Shown here: positions 58,946-64,000 of the stretch, in pieces | Layout of the letters: the number at the start of each line of letters is the position of its first letter | Numbering within the stretch: position 1 is the stretch's first letter | Position numbers and translations under genes: made by a program | NCBI GenBank assembly: GCA_050949315.1 | Contig: JBMNFL010000001.1 | Coordinates: 352,001-416,000, forward strand | Source: Bacilli bacterium | GTDB lineage: Bacteria > Bacillota_I > Bacilli_A > RFN20 > UBA1709 | Reading direction: 5' to 3' | DNA length: 64,000 nucleotides | Notes under the pieces: generated by a model | Database searches by the model: none | The model's input: only the letters and a program-made list of their open reading frames with translations | What the model was told of the DNA's origin: nothing

Positions 58946-60003
58946 TCTATATCACCAAAGAATTCATTTATCTCTTTATCCATTTCTTCAAGAATCAATC
59001 CTTTATCTTTTAAATAAACGATGGTAAATTGAACAACTTTATCGACACATTCGTTGATATGCCATCTAGGTTTCCATCCAAATGTATCTTTAATCTTTTG
59101 ATTATTTAATTTAAGAAATGCCGCTTCATGTGGACCGCCGTCGTGTTTGTTAATCCACTTGAGGCCATGACCCCATTTTTCACAAAACATCGTCGCTAAA
59201 TCGCCCGTGTTTATGCAATCACATTCATCGGGACCAACATTATAATATCCTTCGTATTTTCTATCGTTATATTGCTTTTCAACAATCAAAAGGTAAATAT
59301 ACAACGGTTCTAAAACATGTTGATATGGTCTTGTTGAATATGGATTTCTAACAATAATATTTTCTCCTCTTTCTATTGCCCTAACACAATCTGGAATAAT
59401 CCTATCATTGGCAAAATCTCCGCCACCAATGACATTGCCCGCCCTAGCGGTAGAAACGGCACAGTTAGAAGAATTGAAAAAAGATTTTTTATAACAATGA
59501 GTCACTAATTCAGAACATGATTTTGAATTGGAATAAGGATCGTAGCCATCAAGTGGATCCTCTTCTTTAAACGGATGATTTGACTCATCATCGTTCAGAT
59601 AAACTTTATCTGTTGTAACATTCAAGAAAGATTTAACCGATGGAGTAAGTCTCACACATTCACAAATATTTACCGTTCCAATAACATTGGTTTCATACGT
59701 GTATTTCGGATTTATATATGAATCCCTAACAATAGTTTGCGCAGCTAAATGAAAAACTAGTTCTGGTTGATATTTATCAAATACTTGCTTCAAGTGTTCA
59801 TAATTGCGAACATCACCAATTATTGAAGTCATCTGAGTATCAATTTTGGATAGTTCAAACAAACTTGGATTTGTAGGTGCCTCTAATGAGTACCCAACGA
59901 CCCTTGCACCGGCATTTATTAAGATTCTACACAACCAAGTTCCTTTAAAACCGGTGTGCCCTGTAACTAAGACAGTTTTATCTTTATAAAAAGTTAAGTC
60001 CAT
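58942..60003 (-). CDS. rfbG: CDP-glucose 4,6-dehydratase
   Basis: VTGHTGFKGTWL, TTDKVY, DPYSNSK, RAGNVIGGGD and RPYQHVLEPL motifs. Confidence 0.95.
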   Translation of the reverse strand: MDLTFYKDKTVLVTGHTGFKGTWLCRILINAGARVVGYSLEAPTNPSLFELSKIDTQMTSIIGDVRNYEHLKQVFDKYQPELVFHLAAQTIVRDSYINPKYTYETNVIGTVNICECVRLTPSVKSFLNVTTDKVYLNDDESNHPFKEEDPLDGYDPYSNSKSCSELVTHCYKKSFFNSSNCAVSTARAGNVIGGGDFANDRIIPDCVRAIERGENIIVRNPYSTRPYQHVLEPLYIYLLIVEKQYNDRKYEGYYNVGPDECDCINTGDLATMFCEKWGHGLKWINKHDGGPHEAAFLKLNNQKIKDTFGWKPRWHINECVDKVVQFTIVYLKDKGLILEEMDKEINEFFGDIE

Positions 60004-60004
60004 G

Positions 60005-60778
60005 TTAATCCTCATATTTCCACGGTGCCTTACCGCTATTCCAGAGCTTTTCCAATTTTTCTTTGTCTCTTAATGTATCCATACACTGCCAAAAACCGGT
60101 GTGTTTATAGCAAACCATTTGACCCTCTGAAGCAATTCGTTCCATCGGTTGTCTTTCAAAAACAGTAGAATCTCCATCAATATAATCCAATACCTTTGGC
60201 TCTAAAACCATGAAACCAGCATTAATCCAGCCAGTATCGCGTTCGCTTTTTTCTCTAAACGAAAGAACTTGATTATTTTTTAAATCAATATACCCAAATC
60301 GACCCTCTGGCTGAATTGCGGTAATTGTTGCTAATTTTCCATTGGCTTTATGAAACTTGATCAATTCGTTAATATTGATATTGGACACACCATCTCCATA
60401 GGTCATTAAGAACGGTTCATTGCCAATATACTCTTTGACTCTTTTAAGTCTTCCTCCTGTCATCGTATTCAACCCTGTATCAACTATAGTTACTTTCCAT
60501 GGTTCGGAGTGTTTGTTATGTACCTCCATAACACCGCCGTTAGAAAAATCAAAAGTAATATCACTGGTGTGAATAAAATAATTTGCGAACCATTCTTTAA
60601 TTACAGATTGTTTGTAACCTGCACAAATAATGAATTCCTTAAATCCATAATGCGAATATTCTTTCATAATATGCCAAAGAATAGGCATCTCACCAATCTC
60701 AATCATTGGTTTGGGTCTGAGGTGAGATTCTTCGGAAATTCTTGTTCCAAAACCACCAGCTAACAATACAACTTTCAT
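60005..60778 (-). CDS. rfbF: Glucose-1-phosphate cytidylyltransferase
   Basis: LAGGFGTRISEE...PKPM, TMTGGR and FWQCMDTLRDK motifs. Confidence 0.96.
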   Translation of the reverse strand: MKVVLLAGGFGTRISEESHLRPKPMIEIGEMPILWHIMKEYSHYGFKEFIICAGYKQSVIKEWFANYFIHTSDITFDFSNGGVMEVHNKHSEPWKVTIVDTGLNTMTGGRLKRVKEYIGNEPFLMTYGDGVSNININELIKFHKANGKLATITAIQPEGRFGYIDLKNNQVLSFREKSERDTGWINAGFMVLEPKVLDYIDGDSTVFERQPMERIASEGQMVCYKHTGFWQCMDTLRDKEKLEKLWNSGKAPWKYED

Positions 60779-60790
60779 ATTTTACTCCTT

Positions 60791-61933
60791 TCAAATGTTA
60801 TGTTTTGAAAAAACATCAACTATATGTTCTGCTAAAAGAGAACCTTTATTTTTCCTGTAATAAACAAACAAATCATTCCCTTTTTTTGCAATGTTCTTTC
60901 CTAGGCTCTGCCCCTCAGCGGTTGATAAAAAATATAGAATTTTTTTGAAGTTTTGGAAATCCCAATCAATCGGAATATATGTTTCGTTTTCAATAAACAA
61001 ATTTGGAAATGTTTCAAGATGATTAACGGTTGGTTTGATCAAACAAGATCCAAACAAAAAAGCCTCAAAATCTCTATTACAAATTTCACCCCAACCAAAA
61101 GGACTAATTACAAACTTTGAACTTCTCATATTTAATTCATATGATTTTCTTGAAATCTTATTCCTTTCAACGATGTATTTGGAGTCATTGTATTGCTCCA
61201 CCTCAGAAAAAACTTTTAACCTTTGAAAAGAAATGGCGTTTTCTTCTTTCGGACAAGTCCCATTAAAAAATAGAGTAATGTTCTTTTCCTCAAAATCTGT
61301 ATAACGACCTTTTAAGTTAAGCGAATCTAGTGAAAGAAGTTTTTTAATTCTAGAAATCATTCCAGTTCGAATATTATTCCAAAAAGATATGTTCCATGAA
61401 ACATCTATTTTGCTTAGATTAGTAACATCGGCGATCCAAAAAACTTCTGTTTCATTTGAAGGAGCAGAAAGATGAAATGTTTTATAATAATAATCGGTAT
61501 GTATTCTTTGTCCCTTAAATTGATTGGTGTATAAATGCTTATCTTTTAATATTTGTTTCTTGAGATATAAGTCAACAACATCCAAAACGTCAAACATACA
61601 TGTACCTGTACTATCTGAACAATCCATCCACACCAGTTTGTTACATTTTTCTTTAATGTTCTCTAATATTAGCCGTCTTTGATCTGTGCCAATTCTTCCA
61701 AGTTCTGATTTGTGATGAATTGCTAAAACAACAATATCATATGACTTTTCTTTTTTTAATTGTGAGATAAGACTCTTTTTCAAAAAAATATTCACAATGT
61801 CGAGCCTTGAAAAATTAATATGATATCCAAGTTTTTTAAAATATTTCTTTGCCTCAAACAGAGGCTGCAACCAAGCAAATGTATAATATGTATTATCAAA
61901 AAAAACATGAATCTCTCTCATAGCACACCTCAT
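60791..61933 (-). CDS. Putative glycosyltransferase (GT-B-like C-terminal domain)
   Basis: SKFVISPFGWGEICNRDFEA...GS.LIKP motif; lies within the polysaccharide locus. Confidence 0.6.
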   Translation of the reverse strand: MRCAMREIHVFFDNTYYTFAWLQPLFEAKKYFKKLGYHINFSRLDIVNIFLKKSLISQLKKEKSYDIVVLAIHHKSELGRIGTDQRRLILENIKEKCNKLVWMDCSDSTGTCMFDVLDVVDLYLKKQILKDKHLYTNQFKGQRIHTDYYYKTFHLSAPSNETEVFWIADVTNLSKIDVSWNISFWNNIRTGMISRIKKLLSLDSLNLKGRYTDFEEKNITLFFNGTCPKEENAISFQRLKVFSEVEQYNDSKYIVERNKISRKSYELNMRSSKFVISPFGWGEICNRDFEAFLFGSCLIKPTVNHLETFPNLFIENETYIPIDWDFQNFKKILYFLSTAEGQSLGKNIAKKGNDLFVYYRKNKGSLLAEHIVDVFSKHNI

Positions 61934-61936
61934 CCA

Positions 61937-63481
61937 TTAATTCTTTTTATTGTGTAATAATCCTAACACAAGTCCCTTGGCCTCTTTAAATTCTTTTGTC
62001 TTAAATAAAAACGCTAAAAACAAGACATTGGGCAAAACAACACATAGCAAACTCCTGATTATTATATTTAAAAAACCCTCAATTCTAATAAAATCGCATA
62101 GATGATAGGTCACAAACCCAACACAAATAGTAATTAAAAAGTACAGCAAATGTTTCAAATAAAACTCTTTAGGTGAAATATTGAAATAATGCTTGAAAAC
62201 AACATTAGTTCTGGTAATAAAGTTGAATACAAAAATAGTGATAATGGTGGCTAAAATAATACCTGTTATGCCAAGGAAATATCCCAACAATAAGTTCAAA
62301 ACCAGATTACCAACAGCTTCTAGCACAAACCATAATCTACATTCATGATACAATCCATTTCCTTCAAGAAACAAGTTCCTAGCATTATTCATATTCAAAA
62401 TATAAAAATATAAACATAACAGGAACATATCTAGCAGTGACAAAAGCATGTTGGTGTCTCCGCGCATCCACAAGAACATAAATGGTTGATATAAACAAGA
62501 CATCGTTATAGAGCACCAACCAACTATCCACATAAACAAAAAATTAAACTTTAAAAGATCTTTATAATTTTTAAGTTTTGTTTCTTTTGCAATGCTGTTC
62601 CCAACACTAGCTTGCATTGATTGGGTTAACACAAGCAAAATTCCATAGATAGCAGAAAAAATATAATAGTAATTGTCGTAGATAGCGACAGCAACTAGGC
62701 CCATAAAAAAAGAAATCATCACATCATCCAAAGAATTTCTTGCTACAGTTCCTAATTTCCCTACAAATAATGCTTTAACTTGCTTTATTATAACTCTATA
62801 AGTTTCTTTTGGAAGTTTCCCATTAGGAATTATTTCTGGAAAATATTTTTTTGAAAAAACTTGTAATAGAATGTTGTTGGCTACAGTTCCTAAAGGCATA
62901 ACCATTATAAACACATAATAGTTTCTCAAAAAAATTAATAGTAATATTTGGATGCCTTTGATAAAAAAACTGGTAACAGAATAAATGTTGCTGACAACAT
63001 CCTCCCTTTGCATCGCATTAAAAAGAGCTCCCTTATATGCAAACAAAAGATAGGATATTACCGTGTTAAAAAGATAAATAAGGAACAACAAATAAATATT
63101 AATGTCACTTGGTATTTCTCCAGAAATCAAATACGAGAGAAGCGGAGTAATTGCAAGACCAATTAACAATATTACTATTCCTACAATAAAATAAGTCTTC
63201 TTAAGAAAATTAAGGATAGCAGAGACACTTTCGTTATCTCCATCAGCGATTGGGCGGTACATTACAAAAGTAACCGCAGCAGTAAAGCCCAAATCCGTCA
63301 AATTCAAAACTTGTAAAATTGAAGAAAAAAGACCATTTAATCCCGAATAAGCCGTGCCAAGTGTATATATAATAATGGTTCTAATTATAAACGGAAGTAA
63401 AATTGATATTATTTGTTTTATCAATCCACTAACTATATTGCGCTTTGTATTCTTTATTCTAGATTTAGAAACTCTCTCCAT
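61937..63481 (-). CDS. Wzx-type polysaccharide flippase
   Basis: About 12-14 TM; N-terminal SRIKNTKRNI, LNLTDLGF and ASVGNSIA motifs. Confidence 0.88.
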   Translation of the reverse strand: MERVSKSRIKNTKRNIVSGLIKQIISILLPFIIRTIIIYTLGTAYSGLNGLFSSILQVLNLTDLGFTAAVTFVMYRPIADGDNESVSAILNFLKKTYFIVGIVILLIGLAITPLLSYLISGEIPSDINIYLLFLIYLFNTVISYLLFAYKGALFNAMQREDVVSNIYSVTSFFIKGIQILLLIFLRNYYVFIMVMPLGTVANNILLQVFSKKYFPEIIPNGKLPKETYRVIIKQVKALFVGKLGTVARNSLDDVMISFFMGLVAVAIYDNYYYIFSAIYGILLVLTQSMQASVGNSIAKETKLKNYKDLLKFNFLFMWIVGWCSITMSCLYQPFMFLWMRGDTNMLLSLLDMFLLCLYFYILNMNNARNLFLEGNGLYHECRLWFVLEAVGNLVLNLLLGYFLGITGIILATIITIFVFNFITRTNVVFKHYFNISPKEFYLKHLLYFLITICVGFVTYHLCDFIRIEGFLNIIIRSLLCVVLPNVLFLAFLFKTKEFKEAKGLVLGLLHNKKN

Positions 63482-63483
63482 TG

Positions 63484-63999
63484 TTAATCCTTTTTAGAAA
63501 CCAGTTTCTTAATTGCACCCTTTATTCTCGCGGTTAAGGAATAGCCTCCATATTTTTTTGCCGTTCTAACAAAGCCGTTTTTATAGTAATATTTCCAAAA
63601 TGAGTCATAAGAAGGAGGCATAATACTAGGGCTCGAAAGATTTGCTTGTTTCTTTTTTATTTTTTCAACTGACGTGTATATCCATTTAATGCCTGGTAAA
63701 TTCTCAACAAAATTCGCTCCTTTAACTGTGTGTGCTAAAACAGCAAAAACTCCATCTTCAGAAAAGAAGGCTTCTTCTTCATCTTTGCACCCCCAATAAT
63801 CAGCCATTGTTAAATCAGAAGGTTTATCAACTGTGGCATATGGACACTCATAGCAACAAGGTCTTAAGCAGTTATTTGAAAAGAACAGATTTAAAAATAG
63901 CCTGGCCTTGCTCGTATCGATTTCTTTTTTCTCGTTTTTTTGTTTATATAAATAGGTAATTGTGCAGCCATAATTCTTGCTACCATATCCCCATGGTTT
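63484..63999 (-). CDS. F420 hydrogenase/dehydrogenase beta-subunit (FrhB)-like Fe-S protein, C-terminal part; 5' end outside the window
   Basis: The frame stays open upstream of the listed 107-aa ORF and reads ...NNCLRPCCYECPYATVDKPSDLTMADYWG, the FrhB C-terminal motif. Confidence 0.8.
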   Translation of the reverse strand, partial: KPWGYGSKNYGCTITYLYKQKNEKKEIDTSKARLFLNLFFSNNCLRPCCYECPYATVDKPSDLTMADYWGCKDEEEAFFSEDGVFAVLAHTVKGANFVENLPGIKWIYTSVEKIKKKQANLSSPSIMPPSYDSFWKYYYKNGFVRTAKKYGGYSLTARIKGAIKKLVSKKD

Positions 64000-64000
64000 G

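Overview
AT-rich chromosomal segment of a low-GC Bacillota/Mollicutes-related bacterium. Evidence for that placement: TGA is used as a stop codon (code 11), IF2 is short, and the tRNA order is Cys-Arg-Pro-Ala-Met-Ile-Ser-fMet-Asp-Phe. Most of the window is housekeeping: trkAH, the rimP-nusA-ylxR-infB-rbfA operon, deoC/mtaB/rsmE, trmL/rdgB, rny-ymdB, miaB, tldD/E-rluB-pth-mfd, lysS, gpmA, a regulator plus potABCD, and 11 tRNAs. Two small defence-like inserts are present (an AbiEi/AbiEii pair next to tRNA-Glu, and an AAA_14/DUF4143 ATPase). The right end is the distal part of a surface polysaccharide locus. The most unusual element is the leftward operon at 1-8214. A 155-aa membrane leader ORF is followed 1 nt after its stop codon by a three-way RNA junction that buries the next gene's Shine-Dalgarno, a MifM/SecM-like arrest-peptide architecture. 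The downstream genes are a tandem-YwaF/TMEM164-like membrane domain fused to an ABC ATPase, an ABC permease, an Ig-like protein and a >998-aa repeat lipoprotein missing from the ORF track. Other notable items are twin 41-bp dyad repeats bracketing the AAA ATPase promoter, an in-frame MiaB-RicA(YmcA) fusion that keeps an internal RBS, and a GlmS-less nagB-glmM-acetyltransferase cluster. All calls come from reading the sequence by eye; no searches or folding programs were run.
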